The position numbers and the translations under genes are program-made. A stretch of DNA of 64,000 bases. Origin: Candidatus Multivoradales bacterium. GTDB taxonomy: Bacteria; Acidobacteriota; Thermoanaerobaculia; Multivoradales; JAHEKO01. Within the stretch, counting starts at the first letter, position 1; each line of letters starts with the position of its first letter. The stretch lies in NCBI GenBank assembly GCA_965223155.1, contig CBDCVR010000013.1, positions 480,001 to 544,000 of the forward strand. The letters run 5' to 3'. The notes under the pieces are model-generated. The model saw only the letters and a list, made by a program, of their open reading frames with translations, was not told the origin of the DNA and did not search any database. Below, one piece after another: positions 18,660 through 29,175 of this stretch.

Positions 18660-20053
18660 CCCGCCAGACGATTCGAACCTCGGCTTCTCGAACGCCGGGC
18701 CGAACCCTGGGCAGAGCTTTTGTCCTGGCGGCGGGGCTGACCGGCCTCCTGGCCGGCGCCCTGGCCGCGGCCACGGCATTTACCGGCGCCACCGTCCATC
18801 CCGTAAGCGGGCCGAGCCTCGAGAACGCGACCATCCTCGTCGAGAACGGCAAGATCCTGGCGCTGGGCACGGATGTCGTGATTCCGGCCGGAACGGAGAC
18901 CGTGGATCTTGCCGGCCTCCACCTCTACCCCGGCTTTGTCCATCCCTTGAGCGCTCTCGGGCTGACCGAGGTCGGCGCGGTCCGAGCGACCCGCGACCAC
19001 ACCGAGACCGGCGACGTGAACTCGAACATTCGCGCCGAGATCGCCTTCCATGCCGACTCCGAGCTCCTCCCCGTCGCCCTCTCGGGCGGCATCCTGACCG
19101 CCCACGTCGCGCCTCGCGGCGGCGTCTTTCGAGGCACTTCGGCGGTCATGGCCCTGGAGGGCTGGAACTTCGAGGACATGACCCTGCGCTCGGGCGTCGG
19201 CATGCATCTGTCGTGGCCGATGAGCCGGCCACCCGCCAACGCCTTCAATCCTCCCTCAGACGAGGAGATCAAGGAGCGCAAGGAAAAGGCGTTGAAGACG
19301 ATCAACGACACGCTGGACAACGCCAAGGCCTACGAGAAGGCTCTGAGCGCGTTTGCAGCCGGCAGCTCGGCGAAACCGGACTTCGATCCGCGCCTGGCCG
19401 CCCTGGTCGGCGTGGTGCGCGGCGAGCAGCCGCTCTTCCTGCATGCCGACGAGAAGTCCCAAATCGAGGATGCCCTGGACTGGTTGCAAGAGCGTGAGAT
19501 CACGGCCGCGGTCCTGGTAACCGGGCCCGACGCCGCTTATCTCGGCGATCGACTGGCCGAGATGGACGTCTCGGTTCTACTAAACGGCGTTCATCGCCGG
19601 CCGGAGCGGGCCTGGGAGCCCTACGACGTCGCCTACACCGCCGCCAAGCGCTTGCACGACGCGGGCGTTCGGTTCGCCATCGGCGACGGCGCCAGCACTT
19701 TCGACGCGGCCCACGTCCGGAATCTTCCGTTCCATGCCGCCATGGCTGCGGCCCACGGCCTTCCCAAGGACATCGCCCTGCGCAGCGTAACCCTGAGCTC
19801 GGCCGAGCTTCTGAGCGTGGACGACCGCGTGGGCTCGCTCGAGCCCGGCAAAGACGCCACCTTCATCGCCACCAACGGCGATCCGCTCGAGGTGCGGACT
19901 CAGATTCTGGGTGCCTGGATCGCCGGCCAGAAGGTCGACTTTGACAACGACCGACAGAAGCGCCTTTACCGGAAGTACAACAACCGGCCGCGTGCCGAGG
20001 ACGCGCTAAAGGAACCGACCGTCGAAGGCCTGGCCGATCCGGACAAGGGGTAG
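18656..20053 (+). CDS. Secreted amidohydrolase-fold protein lacking the HxH motif
   Basis: YPGFVHPLSAL, GGILTAHVAP, RNLPFHAAMA, GSLEPGKDATF; ATGA overlap with the previous gene. Confidence 0.87.
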   Translation: MTRQTIRTSASRTPGRTLGRAFVLAAGLTGLLAGALAAATAFTGATVHPVSGPSLENATILVENGKILALGTDVVIPAGTETVDLAGLHLYPGFVHPLSALGLTEVGAVRATRDHTETGDVNSNIRAEIAFHADSELLPVALSGGILTAHVAPRGGVFRGTSAVMALEGWNFEDMTLRSGVGMHLSWPMSRPPANAFNPPSDEEIKERKEKALKTINDTLDNAKAYEKALSAFAAGSSAKPDFDPRLAALVGVVRGEQPLFLHADEKSQIEDALDWLQEREITAAVLVTGPDAAYLGDRLAEMDVSVLLNGVHRRPERAWEPYDVAYTAAKRLHDAGVRFAIGDGASTFDAAHVRNLPFHAAMAAAHGLPKDIALRSVTLSSAELLSVDDRVGSLEPGKDATFIATNGDPLEVRTQILGAWIAGQKVDFDNDRQKRLYRKYNNRPRAEDALKEPTVEGLADPDKG

Positions 20054-20083
20054 CCTGACGCGCCGATCTCGCGAGACCGGTCC

Positions 20084-21151
20084 TCAGACCAGGACGGCCA
20101 CGCTCTTGATCTGGGCGTAGACCCGGAGTCCCGGCTCGAGTCCCAGCCGTGAGGCCGACATTGCGGTGATCCGGGCCAGGAGCCGGTCGCCGGCGGCCTC
20201 CAGCAGCACCGTGGCAGCTCCGCCCTCGCCCGACGCCACCTCGACGACCGTGGCCGGCAGCACGTTCAGGATGCTGCTCCGGCCCGGCCGGTCGAGCGCC
20301 AGGCTAACGTCCCGGGCCAGGACGCGAACGCGCACCTGAGCGCCGGCATCAACCGACAGCCTGGCGACCGTCAGCTCTCCGGTGCCGCACTCCAGAGAGG
20401 TCAGACCGAACTCCGAATCGTGCCGCGCCACCCGCGCCTCCAGCACCGCTTCGGCCTCCGCCGAGCGCGCCAAGGGCAGATCCAGCCGGGTCAGAATCTC
20501 GCCCACCCCACCCGTGGCCTGGACCGAGCCGGCCTCGAGCAAAACCATGCGATCCGCGAGGCGAGCGACCTCGTCGGCGGCATGGCTCACGTACAGAACC
20601 GGCACTTCGAGGACGGCGAAGACCCGTTCCAGGTACGGCAGGATCCGGCTACGGCTGTTTCGATCGAGAGCGGCCAGGGGCTCGTCCATCAAGACCAGCC
20701 GGGGGCTGGTCAGAAGCGCTCGACCGAGGGCGGCCCGCTGTCGCTCCCCTCCGGATAGCGTCTCGGGACGGCGATCCAGCAAAGTCCCGATTTCGAGCAG
20801 CTCTACGACCCGATCCAGCTCCAGGCGTCGCCGGCCGCTGGGAACCCGCTTCCAGCCGTACACCAGATTCTCTCGGACGGAGAGATGTCCGAAGAGACTC
20901 GCCTCCTGGAAGACGTAGCCCACCTGCCGCTGATGCGGCGGCACAAAGACATCCCGGTCCAGCCACACTTCATCGTCGAGTGCAACACGCCCACGGGCGC
21001 CCCGCTCGAGACCCGCGATCGTTCGCAAGAGCAGGGTCTTGCCCGCCCCGGAGGGTCCGAAGACAGCGGTAACCCCGGTGGATGGAGCCCGAAACCGCGC
21101 TCCCAGGGCGAAGCCTCCCCGTTCGAGCCCGACGTCGACATCCAGAGTCAC
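20084..21151 (-). CDS. modC: Molybdate ABC transporter ATP-binding protein
   Basis: [33 protein letters not shown] and C-terminal Mop/TOBE YAQIKSV; GTG start overlapping the modB stop. Confidence 0.93.
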   Translation of the reverse strand: MTLDVDVGLERGGFALGARFRAPSTGVTAVFGPSGAGKTLLLRTIAGLERGARGRVALDDEVWLDRDVFVPPHQRQVGYVFQEASLFGHLSVRENLVYGWKRVPSGRRRLELDRVVELLEIGTLLDRRPETLSGGERQRAALGRALLTSPRLVLMDEPLAALDRNSRSRILPYLERVFAVLEVPVLYVSHAADEVARLADRMVLLEAGSVQATGGVGEILTRLDLPLARSAEAEAVLEARVARHDSEFGLTSLECGTGELTVARLSVDAGAQVRVRVLARDVSLALDRPGRSSILNVLPATVVEVASGEGGAATVLLEAAGDRLLARITAMSASRLGLEPGLRVYAQIKSVAVLV

Positions 21152-21798
21152 CGCACGACCTCGAGCCGCCCCCGGCCCCATGTATAAGCCAGAACCAGCA
21201 ACACGAACGAGCCCGTCAGCAGGCCACCGGCAAGCCAGTGGGCCTTGGCGTACTCCAGAGCTTCGACGTGGTCGTAGATGGCGATGGACAGAACCTGGGT
21301 CTCGCCCGGAATGTTGCCGCCAACCATGAGCACGACGCCGAACTCTCCGATCGTGTGGGCGAAGCCCAGGATCGCAGCGGTGACGAAGCCGTGCCGCGCG
21401 AGCGGCAGGGCCACCGACAGAAACCGATCCGTCGGGGCCGCTCGCAAGGTCGCCGCGACTTCCAGGGGACGCCGGCCGATCGCCTGGAACGCCGCCTGGA
21501 GCGGCTGCACCACGAACGGTAGCGAGTACAGCACCGAGCCCACCACCAGACCCGAAAACGAAAAGGCCAGCGGCAAGGGTCCACCCCGGCCCAGGAGAAG
21601 CAGGAGGTAGAATCCCAGAACCGTCGGCGGCAGCACTAGGGGCATGGCGACGAGAGCCTCGATCAAGGCCTTGCCCCGCCACCGGCTGCGAGCCAGCCAC
21701 CAGGCCAAGGGCGTGCCGAGGAGAAGCAGAATGCCCGTGGTGACTCCCGCCAGAAGCAGCGTCGTGCGTAGCGCCAGCCAGTCGGCCGCGGTCGGCAT
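21148..21798 (-). CDS. modB: Molybdate ABC transporter permease
   Basis: [45 protein letters not shown]. Confidence 0.95.
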   Translation of the reverse strand: MPTAADWLALRTTLLLAGVTTGILLLLGTPLAWWLARSRWRGKALIEALVAMPLVLPPTVLGFYLLLLLGRGGPLPLAFSFSGLVVGSVLYSLPFVVQPLQAAFQAIGRRPLEVAATLRAAPTDRFLSVALPLARHGFVTAAILGFAHTIGEFGVVLMVGGNIPGETQVLSIAIYDHVEALEYAKAHWLAGGLLTGSFVLLVLAYTWGRGRLEVVR

Positions 21799-22682
21799 CA
21801 CGGCACCTCGTAGCCCCGTGCCACGAGGATCTCGCGCGCCGCCGGTGCGAGCAAATAGCTCGCCAGGAGTCCGGCCTCGGGCCGAGAAGACAGCACCACC
21901 AACTGTTGTTCGATGGGCCGGTGGAGCTCGGAGGGAACGGCCCACAGGGAACCCTGCGGCCCACCTTCGGGGGCGGCGAGCTGCGACCGGGCAACAAAGC
22001 CCAGCTCGGCATTGCCGCTCGCGACAAAGTGAAAGGCTTGGCCGACGCTTTCCCCGATCACCGTTCGATCAGCCAGCACCGGCCACAGCCCGCGCGCCGT
22101 CAGCACTTCCATGGCCGCGCGGCCGTACGGAGCAAGGCGCGGATTGGCTAGAGCCAGCCGTTCGAAGCTCCCGTCCTCCAGCACCCGGCCGCCGCCGTCC
22201 ACACGGCCGGCCTCGCGGCTCCAGAGCGCCAGCCGCCCCAACGCATAGGTAGTCCGGCTGCCGGCGCGTGCCAGCCCAGCCGCCTCCAGCCGCGCGGGCG
22301 CTTCGGCGTTCGCGGCCAGGAATACGTCAAACGGCGCCCCCTGAACGATCTGGGCGTAGAGCTTGCCGGTCGAGGCGGCGGAGATCGAGACCTCGACGCC
22401 CGAGGCGGTCTCGAACCCGGCCGCCAGCTCCTCGAAAACGGTACGGAAGTTCGTCGCCACGGCCACGCGCACCGGCTCGATTCGGTCCGAACCGGCGACC
22501 ACGCAGCCGGCGCCGAACCCCACGGGCACTCCCAGAACCAGGAGGACGCCGAGCAGCCCGAGGTAGAAGTCCAAGCCGAGCGCCGATCCGAGGATTCGCC
22601 GGTCCGCCCGCGACGTTCCAGTAGGGATTCCCCGCCCCGGCCACCAGGCCGGGCGCGAACGGTGACTCGATTGCCTCGACAT
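21798..22682 (-). CDS. modA: Molybdate ABC transporter substrate-binding protein
   Basis: [48 protein letters not shown]; start uncertain. Confidence 0.92.
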   Translation of the reverse strand: MSRQSSHRSRPAWWPGRGIPTGTSRADRRILGSALGLDFYLGLLGVLLVLGVPVGFGAGCVVAGSDRIEPVRVAVATNFRTVFEELAAGFETASGVEVSISAASTGKLYAQIVQGAPFDVFLAANAEAPARLEAAGLARAGSRTTYALGRLALWSREAGRVDGGGRVLEDGSFERLALANPRLAPYGRAAMEVLTARGLWPVLADRTVIGESVGQAFHFVASGNAELGFVARSQLAAPEGGPQGSLWAVPSELHRPIEQQLVVLSSRPEAGLLASYLLAPAAREILVARGYEVP

Positions 22683-22817
22683 GTTCCCAGGTCCGACCGG
22701 TCTTCGAAACGCGGCCGGACGGCGCTGAGTCTAGCCTTTTCGTCCCGGCACGACTCGCTACCTCCGGGTAGCCGGATGCCGCCGCAGCCAGTCAGGCCGC
22801 GCCGGTCCAGCGCGAGC

Positions 22818-22839
22818 CCGGTCCTAGATCAAGGACCGG
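22818..22839. terminator. GC-rich hairpin downstream of the acyl-CoA dehydrogenase gene (possible terminator, no U tract)
   Basis: CCGGTCCT-agatca-AGGACCGG perfect 8-bp stem about 25 nt after the stop. Confidence 0.4.
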
Positions 22840-22864
22840 AGGACCCAAGCTCCGTACGGACGCT

Positions 22865-24808
22865 CTACTGAACGGCGTGCGCCGGCTCGGCAGCCGGAGT
22901 CGCGGTAGCGACCTCAGCGGCCTGGCTGGCTCCCGCGTCCTCCAGGACCTGCCGCATGTCTCGCGAGATCAGGTTCTCGACGCCGGCGACCCCCGTCTCG
23001 ATCCAGGCGTGCTCGCCCTCCATCACCTCAACGCCCAGCCGGTACAGATCAGCGTCGTCGTTCTTCCAGAGGTCCCGAAACAGCCCGCGCACCTTGCGAG
23101 CCGACTGGCGCGCGAAGAGGTCAGCCAGCCGGGCGGCGCGCTTGGCGTTCGGATTCCCGGCTTCGGCCATGGCGTGGGCCCGGGATACCGAAGCGGAGAC
23201 CGCAAACAGCTCGTTGGCGATGTCCACGATCCGGAACAGGAATCCTTGCTTGTTCTGCATGCGCGCCTGGTGGACCATCATGCCGTGGAAGATCTCCCGA
23301 GCGAGCTTACGGGTCTTGCGGTCCACGAACCGGAGGTGTCCGGCGAGGGCGCCGAACCGGGAATAGCGCGGCCATAGGCTCCAGCCCAGCCAACGGGTCG
23401 GATACCAGCGTAGGTAGAAGAGAGCGCTCCGCAGGAAGGCGCCGGCCTTGCTGCCGAAGCTCTCTCTCGGATCAATGAGCGCACCGGCCACCTCTAGGTG
23501 CTTATCGACCGCCTCCCGCGCCATGAGCAGGTGCATGATCTCGCTCGAGCCCTCGAAGATCTTGTTGATCCGGTAATCCCGCATCATGCGCTCAACGCCG
23601 ATCGGCTTCTCACCGCGATTGGCTAGCGAGGCCTCGGTCTCGTAGCCGCGGCCACCCCGCACCTGCATGGCTTCGTCGATGATGCGCCAGGTATGCCACG
23701 AGTTCCATTCCTTGGCCGCGGCCGCCTCGAGCCGGATGTCCCGATCGCCGGCGTCGGCCATCTCGGTAGCGAGATTCACGATCGACTCCATGGCGAAGGT
23801 CGTAGCCGTCATGTCGGCGAGCTTGTGCGAGATGGCCTCGTGCTTGCCCACGGGCTTGCCCCACTGGATCCGCTCCTTGGCCCAGCGCCGGCAGATCTCG
23901 ATACAACTCTTAGCGGTGCCCACCGAGCCGTTGGGGATGGACAATCGGCCGTCGTTCAAGGTGGTCAGCGCGATCTTGAGACCCCGGCCCTCTTTGCCGA
24001 TTAGATTCTCGGCCGGCACCCGCACGTTCTTGAACTCGATCACCGCGTTGGCGAGGGCGCGCAATCCCATGAAGTGGCAGCGATCCACAATCTCCACGCC
24101 ATCCCAGCCCGTCTCGACCACGAACGCGCTGATCTTCTTGCTCTCGGGCTGCATGGCCATCACCACCAGCAAATCGGCGATGGTGCCGTTGGTGCACCAG
24201 AGCTTGACGCCGTTCAGGATGTAATCGCCCTCCGGGGTCTTCTCAGCGGTCGTGCCCAGCCGAGCGGGATCCGAGCCAACCTCGGGCTCGGTCAGCGCAA
24301 AGGCGGAGATCTCGCCCCTAGCGCAACGCGGCAGGTACTTGTCCTTCAGTACCTGGGTACCGAAGAGCTTGAGCGGCTGGGGTACGCCGATCGACTGATG
24401 CGCCGAGAGCAGCGCGCTCAAGTTGCCGTCCACGCTGCCGATCAGGTGCATGACCTTGGCGTACTCGCGGTTGCTGAATCCCTGGCCGCCGTACTTCTTC
24501 GGGATCTTCATGCCAAAGGCTCCGAGCTTCCGGAACCCTTCGATGACCTGGTCCGGATACTCGCCGGTGCGATCGATCTCGGCCGGATCGACCTCGCTCA
24601 TGACGAAGTCCAACATCGCGTTGTAGAACGCCGTGAACTCCGGCCGCTCATCGGCGGCCAGCGGAAACGGATGGATCAGATCCAGGCGGAAATTGCCCAG
24701 GAACATCTCGCGCATGAAGCTGGGCTGCTTCCATTCCTTCTGCCGGGACGCCTCCGCAACTTGCATTGCCTCTTCTTCGGTGACCTGGGGAACCTTGTGC
24801 TCGCTCAT
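22865..24808 (-). CDS. Long-form acyl-CoA dehydrogenase (VLCAD/ACAD9-like)
   Basis: HQSIG, FALTEPEVGSD, KLWCTNG, RIQWGKP, GGRGY, IFEGSSEI; AAGGAGAGG SD. Confidence 0.93.
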   Translation of the reverse strand: MSEHKVPQVTEEEAMQVAEASRQKEWKQPSFMREMFLGNFRLDLIHPFPLAADERPEFTAFYNAMLDFVMSEVDPAEIDRTGEYPDQVIEGFRKLGAFGMKIPKKYGGQGFSNREYAKVMHLIGSVDGNLSALLSAHQSIGVPQPLKLFGTQVLKDKYLPRCARGEISAFALTEPEVGSDPARLGTTAEKTPEGDYILNGVKLWCTNGTIADLLVVMAMQPESKKISAFVVETGWDGVEIVDRCHFMGLRALANAVIEFKNVRVPAENLIGKEGRGLKIALTTLNDGRLSIPNGSVGTAKSCIEICRRWAKERIQWGKPVGKHEAISHKLADMTATTFAMESIVNLATEMADAGDRDIRLEAAAAKEWNSWHTWRIIDEAMQVRGGRGYETEASLANRGEKPIGVERMMRDYRINKIFEGSSEIMHLLMAREAVDKHLEVAGALIDPRESFGSKAGAFLRSALFYLRWYPTRWLGWSLWPRYSRFGALAGHLRFVDRKTRKLAREIFHGMMVHQARMQNKQGFLFRIVDIANELFAVSASVSRAHAMAEAGNPNAKRAARLADLFARQSARKVRGLFRDLWKNDDADLYRLGVEVMEGEHAWIETGVAGVENLISRDMRQVLEDAGASQAAEVATATPAAEPAHAVQ

Positions 24809-24897
24809 GGACCTCTCCTTGCTTGCCTGCCGGCCGCACGGCGTGGTGGACTTCGTGCCGCGCTCTACTTTACCGATCAGTATACCACCACGTCGAG

Positions 24898-24927
24898 ATT
24901 ATTGCCGCACTGCGGTACAACTGTCAA
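24898..24927 (-). promoter_or_regulatory. sigma70-type promoter of the acyl-CoA dehydrogenase gene
   Basis: Minus strand TTGACA-N18-AATAAT. Confidence 0.6.
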
Positions 24928-25089
24928 GCACTCCGGCCCTCTCCCGACGGTCGTTTCTCAGGTGAAGATGCACGGAATCCCAGGGCCGCCGATCCCGACG
25001 GGTCCACGAAACTCTTCGCCGCGGTGCGGCATGCCCGTGCGCCAGCACCGACGGAAAAGTACGGCCGACGGCCTGGGCGACACCCGCCG

Positions 25090-26376
25090 CTACGGATAGA
25101 TCTTGTTGAGCATCCGCGGGTACGGAATGGTCTCGCGCAGATGCTTCACGCCGCACATCCAGGCCACGAAGCGCTCGACCCCCATGCCGAAGCCACTGTG
25201 GGGAAACGTCCCGTACCGACGTACGTCCAGGTACCAGTCGAACGCCTCCTGCGGCAGGTCGTGCTCCCGGATCCTCTGCTCCAGGAGCTCCAGGTCGTGG
25301 ATCCTCTGGCTGCCGCCGACGATCTCTCCATAGCCCTCAGGCGCGATGATGTCGAGCCCCAGGACAACCTTCGGGTCCTCCGGATCGGGCTCCATGTAGA
25401 ACGCCTTGATCGCGGTCGGGAACCGACTGATCATCACCGGAAGCTCGGAGCCTTCGGTCAGAAGCGTCTCTTCGGCGCCCCCGAAGTCGTCGCCCCACTG
25501 GATCTCGTTGCCCAGGCCTTGCAGCCGCTCCACCGCCTCGCCGTACGTCATGCGCGGGAACGGCGCGATCACCCGTTCGAGTCCCGCCGCGTCCCGTTCG
25601 AGGACGGCCAGCTCGTCCTGGCAGCGGTCCAGAACTCGGGCTACCAGCGCGCACACGAAGTCCTCGGCCAGGTCGCAGAGTCCCTCGAACTCCAGGAAGG
25701 CGACTTCCGGCTCGACCATCCAGAATTCCATCAGGTGCCGGCGGGTCTTGGACTTCTCGGCGCGAAACGTGGGGCCGAAGCAGTAGACCTTGCCCAGCGC
25801 GGCGGCGGCCGGCTCGAGGTAGAGCTGGCCGGACTGGCTGAGATAGGCTTTGTCGCCAAAATAGTCCGTCTCGAACAGGGTCGAAGTCCCCTCGCACGCG
25901 GCGGGCGTCAGGATCGGAGAATCGATCAGAGTAAAGCCGTTGTCGTAGAGATAGTCGCGAATCGCCTGGCAGACCTCATTGCGAACCCTGAGCGCCGCCC
26001 GCTGTTTGCTGGAGCGCAGCCACAGATGCCGATGCTCCATCAAGAACGCCACGCCATGTTCCTTCTTGGCAATCGGAAACTCGTCGCTGAGAGCCTCGAT
26101 GCCGAACGACGACGCCTGGATCTCGACCCCGCCCGGGGCGCGGTCATCCGCGCTCACCGTGCCGGTGAGACGGACGGTGGACTCGAGGGTCGCTCGCTCC
26201 ACCGCTTCCCAGGAAGCATCGTCCACCTCGGCCCGGCTGAGCACGCCCTGGACCTCGCCGCTGCCGTCGCGCATCTGGACGAAGGCGATCTTGCCGCTCG
26301 ACCGCTTGCCGATTAGCCAGCCCCGCAGCTCCACTTCGGAGTCAACGTGCTGCTCGAGCTCTTGGATCAGGGTCAT
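25090..26376 (-). CDS. asnS: Asparagine--tRNA ligase
   Basis: OB fold, YLSQSGQLYLE, FRAEKSKTRRHLMEFWMVEPE, PHSGFGMGVER. Confidence 0.93.
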   Translation of the reverse strand: MTLIQELEQHVDSEVELRGWLIGKRSSGKIAFVQMRDGSGEVQGVLSRAEVDDASWEAVERATLESTVRLTGTVSADDRAPGGVEIQASSFGIEALSDEFPIAKKEHGVAFLMEHRHLWLRSSKQRAALRVRNEVCQAIRDYLYDNGFTLIDSPILTPAACEGTSTLFETDYFGDKAYLSQSGQLYLEPAAAALGKVYCFGPTFRAEKSKTRRHLMEFWMVEPEVAFLEFEGLCDLAEDFVCALVARVLDRCQDELAVLERDAAGLERVIAPFPRMTYGEAVERLQGLGNEIQWGDDFGGAEETLLTEGSELPVMISRFPTAIKAFYMEPDPEDPKVVLGLDIIAPEGYGEIVGGSQRIHDLELLEQRIREHDLPQEAFDWYLDVRRYGTFPHSGFGMGVERFVAWMCGVKHLRETIPYPRMLNKIYP

Positions 26377-26462
26377 GGTGCGTCTCCCGAGCGCCGGATT
26401 CTACGGGCTTCCGAAGCCCAGGCCAAGAACGCCGCCGACCCCTGCCGACTTCTAGCGGATCC

Positions 26463-27185
26463 CTAGGCCGAGTCCTCACGCTGAACCAGCACTTCGAGAG
26501 CGCCGGCGGCGGCTCGCTGCTGAGAGCGCTTCTTGGTGCGCCCGGCACCTCGAGCGAGAGGCTCGCCGGCCACAAGACACTCGGTCACGAAGGTCTTCTC
26601 GTGGTCGGGACCCCGGCTCTCGAGCAGCCGGTACTCGGGCAGCGCCAAGCCCCGCGCCTGCGCGAGCTCCTGCAGGCGACCCTTGGGATCCCGCTGAGCC
26701 TCGCCGGCGGTCTCACCCGCGGCCTCCCCCCCGCCGTCGCCATCGAGCATGGTCCGCACCAGGCGGCGTGCGACCTTCCAGCCGCCGTCCAGAAAGGCCG
26801 CGCCCAAGACCGCCTCGAGACAGTCCGACAGGATCGAGTCCTTGTCGCGTCCTCCCGAGCGCTCCTCGCCCACCCCCAACCGGACGAACTCGCCCAGCTG
26901 CAGCCCGCGGGCAAAGTCCGCCAGAACGGCCTCGGATACCAGCCGGCTCATGTGCACCGACAAGCGGCCCTCGGCCACGTCGGAATGTTCTAGGAAAAGC
27001 CACTCGGCGGTGACCAGCCCCAACACGGCATCGCCCAGAAACTCCAGCCGCTCGTAGTTGTGCTCCAGGCCCTGCTCGTTGGCGAAGGACCGGTGCGCGA
27101 GGGCTCGCTCCAGAAGCTCGCGCCGGCGGAAACGGTATCCCAGCCGCCTCTCGAGAGGGCTCAGCGCGTGCCGGCGTCGCAACAT
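26463..27185 (-). CDS. rnc: Ribonuclease III
   Basis: YERLEFLGDAVL signature plus C-terminal dsRBD (DPKGRLQE, GPDH). Confidence 0.96.
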   Translation of the reverse strand: MLRRRHALSPLERRLGYRFRRRELLERALAHRSFANEQGLEHNYERLEFLGDAVLGLVTAEWLFLEHSDVAEGRLSVHMSRLVSEAVLADFARGLQLGEFVRLGVGEERSGGRDKDSILSDCLEAVLGAAFLDGGWKVARRLVRTMLDGDGGGEAAGETAGEAQRDPKGRLQELAQARGLALPEYRLLESRGPDHEKTFVTECLVAGEPLARGAGRTKKRSQQRAAAGALEVLVQREDSA

Positions 27186-27345
27186 CGCCTAGCGGCCTCC
27201 GGGCGAAGTCAAGACGACCGGTTCGCGGGTCCGCCTGCGGCGTCGCCCGCTGGCAACCAAGCCACCGCATCGCCGCCCAATAGCCTCTGCCGTCTGCACG
27301 ATCAGCCCTTGCCGCGCCACTCTGGTGACTTCTACCACGGGCTTG

Positions 27346-29175
27346 CTATCGCCTGCCGAAACGGGACTCGAGATCCGCGTCGCTCATCTTCAAGATCGTT
27401 GGCCGGCCGTGCGGGCAGGCGAACGGACTGTCGGTGCCGAAAAGCTCGGCGATCATCGCCTCCATCTCGTCCACCGACAGGGCCTCGTGCATCTTGACCG
27501 CCCGCTTGCAGGCCATGGAGGCGGCCAGGGCGTCCAGAATCTGCTCGGCCACCGTGCCTTGGCCGGACGGGCTCGAAGCGGCCAGCCTCATCAAGAGGGC
27601 TTCCGCCTCCCGAGGTTTCAACACCACCGGCACCGCCGCGACCGCCACCGAACCGTCGTGCAGGAAGGAAAGCTCGAATCCACTCTCCTCCAGCTCTGCC
27701 GCCAGCTCTTCGAGACGGGCGCTCTCGGCTGGCGCCAGCTCGAGCAGCACCGAGTCGAGCAGGCGCTGGCTTTTCGGCACCTCCCGCGCCAGCTCGGTGC
27801 GCAGGCGCTCGAAGAGAATGCGCTCGTGCGCGACGTGCTGATCTACGATGTAGAGCCCGTCCTCGCCTTCGAGCAGCACCAGAGTGCCCTTGTACTGTCC
27901 CAGGAGTCTGAGCGACCGATCGTCGCCGGACCGGCCGGACAGCGGCACCCGGCGGGGCGGTTCGGGAGCGTAGCTGACCCGGGCAAGAGAGTCGCCGGAC
28001 GAGCCGGGTCCATGCGCTTCGGGCATCGTCGTGACCTCGCGGACCTCTCCGGCCGGCGAGCCAACCTCCGGGTCCCGCCGCAGCCGGTAGCGGCCGCCAA
28101 GACCCTGCCAGCCCAGGGGCGGCAGCTCGCCGCCGGACGCCGTTCCCAGAGGCCCCAGGGGCCGGGCGGGAGCCTCGCCTTCGCCCAGGCCGAGCTCCAG
28201 CGCCGCACGCAGGGCGCGGTACAGATCGCTCGCGATCGCGTTGTCCCGGAACCGGACTTCGGCCTTCTGCGGATGCACGTTGACGTCGACGGCGTCCGGC
28301 GGCAGATCCAGAAACAGGAACAGCGCGGGAAACTTGTCTCCCTTCCAGGTGTCCCGCACTGCACGGTAGAAGGTCGACAGAATCGCCTTGTCCCGTAGCA
28401 TGCGACCGTTCACGAAGACGAAGTACCTCCGCCCCCGCACCGTCTCCGGCCCGCCCACGAAGCCCCAGGCGCGACCCGGGCCCACCGCTCGATCCATGGC
28501 CACAAGATCCTCGGCCACCGCCTCTCCGAAGATCTGGCCGACCCGCCGGCGCACACCCTCGGCGCCGGTTCCGGCTCGTGCCGCCCGCAGCAGCCGCCGC
28601 CCCCCGTGGCGCACCTCGAAACCGATCTCGGGGCGCACCAGCGCGTACCCCTGAAGCACCTCGTTGACGCGGCGGACCTCGGATGCTGCGGACTTCAGGA
28701 ACTCACGGCGGGCGGGCACGTTGTAGAAGAGCGACGACACTTCGATGCTGGTACCGCGCGCCCTCGCCGCGGGCTCGAAGGCCACCTCGCGGCCGCCTTC
28801 GAAGAGCACCCGAACGCCTTCTCCATTGCTCTCGGCGGTAACGAGCTCGACACGCGCGACCGATGCGATCGAGGCCAACGCTTCGCCCCGAAACCCGAGC
28901 GTTCCGACTTGGAGCAGGTCGTCAAAGGTGGCGATCTTGCTGGTGGCGTGACGGGCAAAGGCCAAGCGAGCATCCTCCGACGTCATGCCACTGCCGTCGT
29001 CCTCCACCAGAATGCGTGCTTTGCCGCCGTCGTCCAGCCGGACCTCAACCGTGGTGGCTCCGGCGTCAAGCGAGTTCTCGACCAACTCCTTGACGATGGA
29101 GGCCGGCCGCTCGACCACCTCTCCGGCGGCGATCTGATCGATCAGCGGTTCGGGCAGACGCCGGATACGCGTCAT
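27346..29175 (-). CDS. mutL: DNA mismatch repair protein MutL
   Basis: IAAGEVVERPASIVKELVENSLDAGA, GFRGEAL, DQHVAHERILFE, ACK, CPHGRP endonuclease motifs. Confidence 0.97.
   Translation of the reverse strand: MTRIRRLPEPLIDQIAAGEVVERPASIVKELVENSLDAGATTVEVRLDDGGKARILVEDDGSGMTSEDARLAFARHATSKIATFDDLLQVGTLGFRGEALASIASVARVELVTAESNGEGVRVLFEGGREVAFEPAARARGTSIEVSSLFYNVPARREFLKSAASEVRRVNEVLQGYALVRPEIGFEVRHGGRRLLRAARAGTGAEGVRRRVGQIFGEAVAEDLVAMDRAVGPGRAWGFVGGPETVRGRRYFVFVNGRMLRDKAILSTFYRAVRDTWKGDKFPALFLFLDLPPDAVDVNVHPQKAEVRFRDNAIASDLYRALRAALELGLGEGEAPARPLGPLGTASGGELPPLGWQGLGGRYRLRRDPEVGSPAGEVREVTTMPEAHGPGSSGDSLARVSYAPEPPRRVPLSGRSGDDRSLRLLGQYKGTLVLLEGEDGLYIVDQHVAHERILFERLRTELAREVPKSQRLLDSVLLELAPAESARLEELAAELEESGFELSFLHDGSVAVAAVPVVLKPREAEALLMRLAASSPSGQGTVAEQILDALAASMACKRAVKMHEALSVDEMEAMIAELFGTDSPFACPHGRPTILKMSDADLESRFGRR

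Noticed and set aside
20084-22027. Apparent 647-aa ModC fusion, and the similar 408-aa TsaE and 1002-aa propeller ORFs
   Set aside because: The N-terminal extensions run out of frame through neighbouring genes or intergenic DNA; coupled or SD-supported internal starts explain them
22600-22864. Possible Moco riboswitch or ModE box upstream of modA
   Set aside because: I could not match the conserved Moco RNA elements or a ModE TATAT-N7-TAYAT box by eye; an Infernal search with RF01055 would decide
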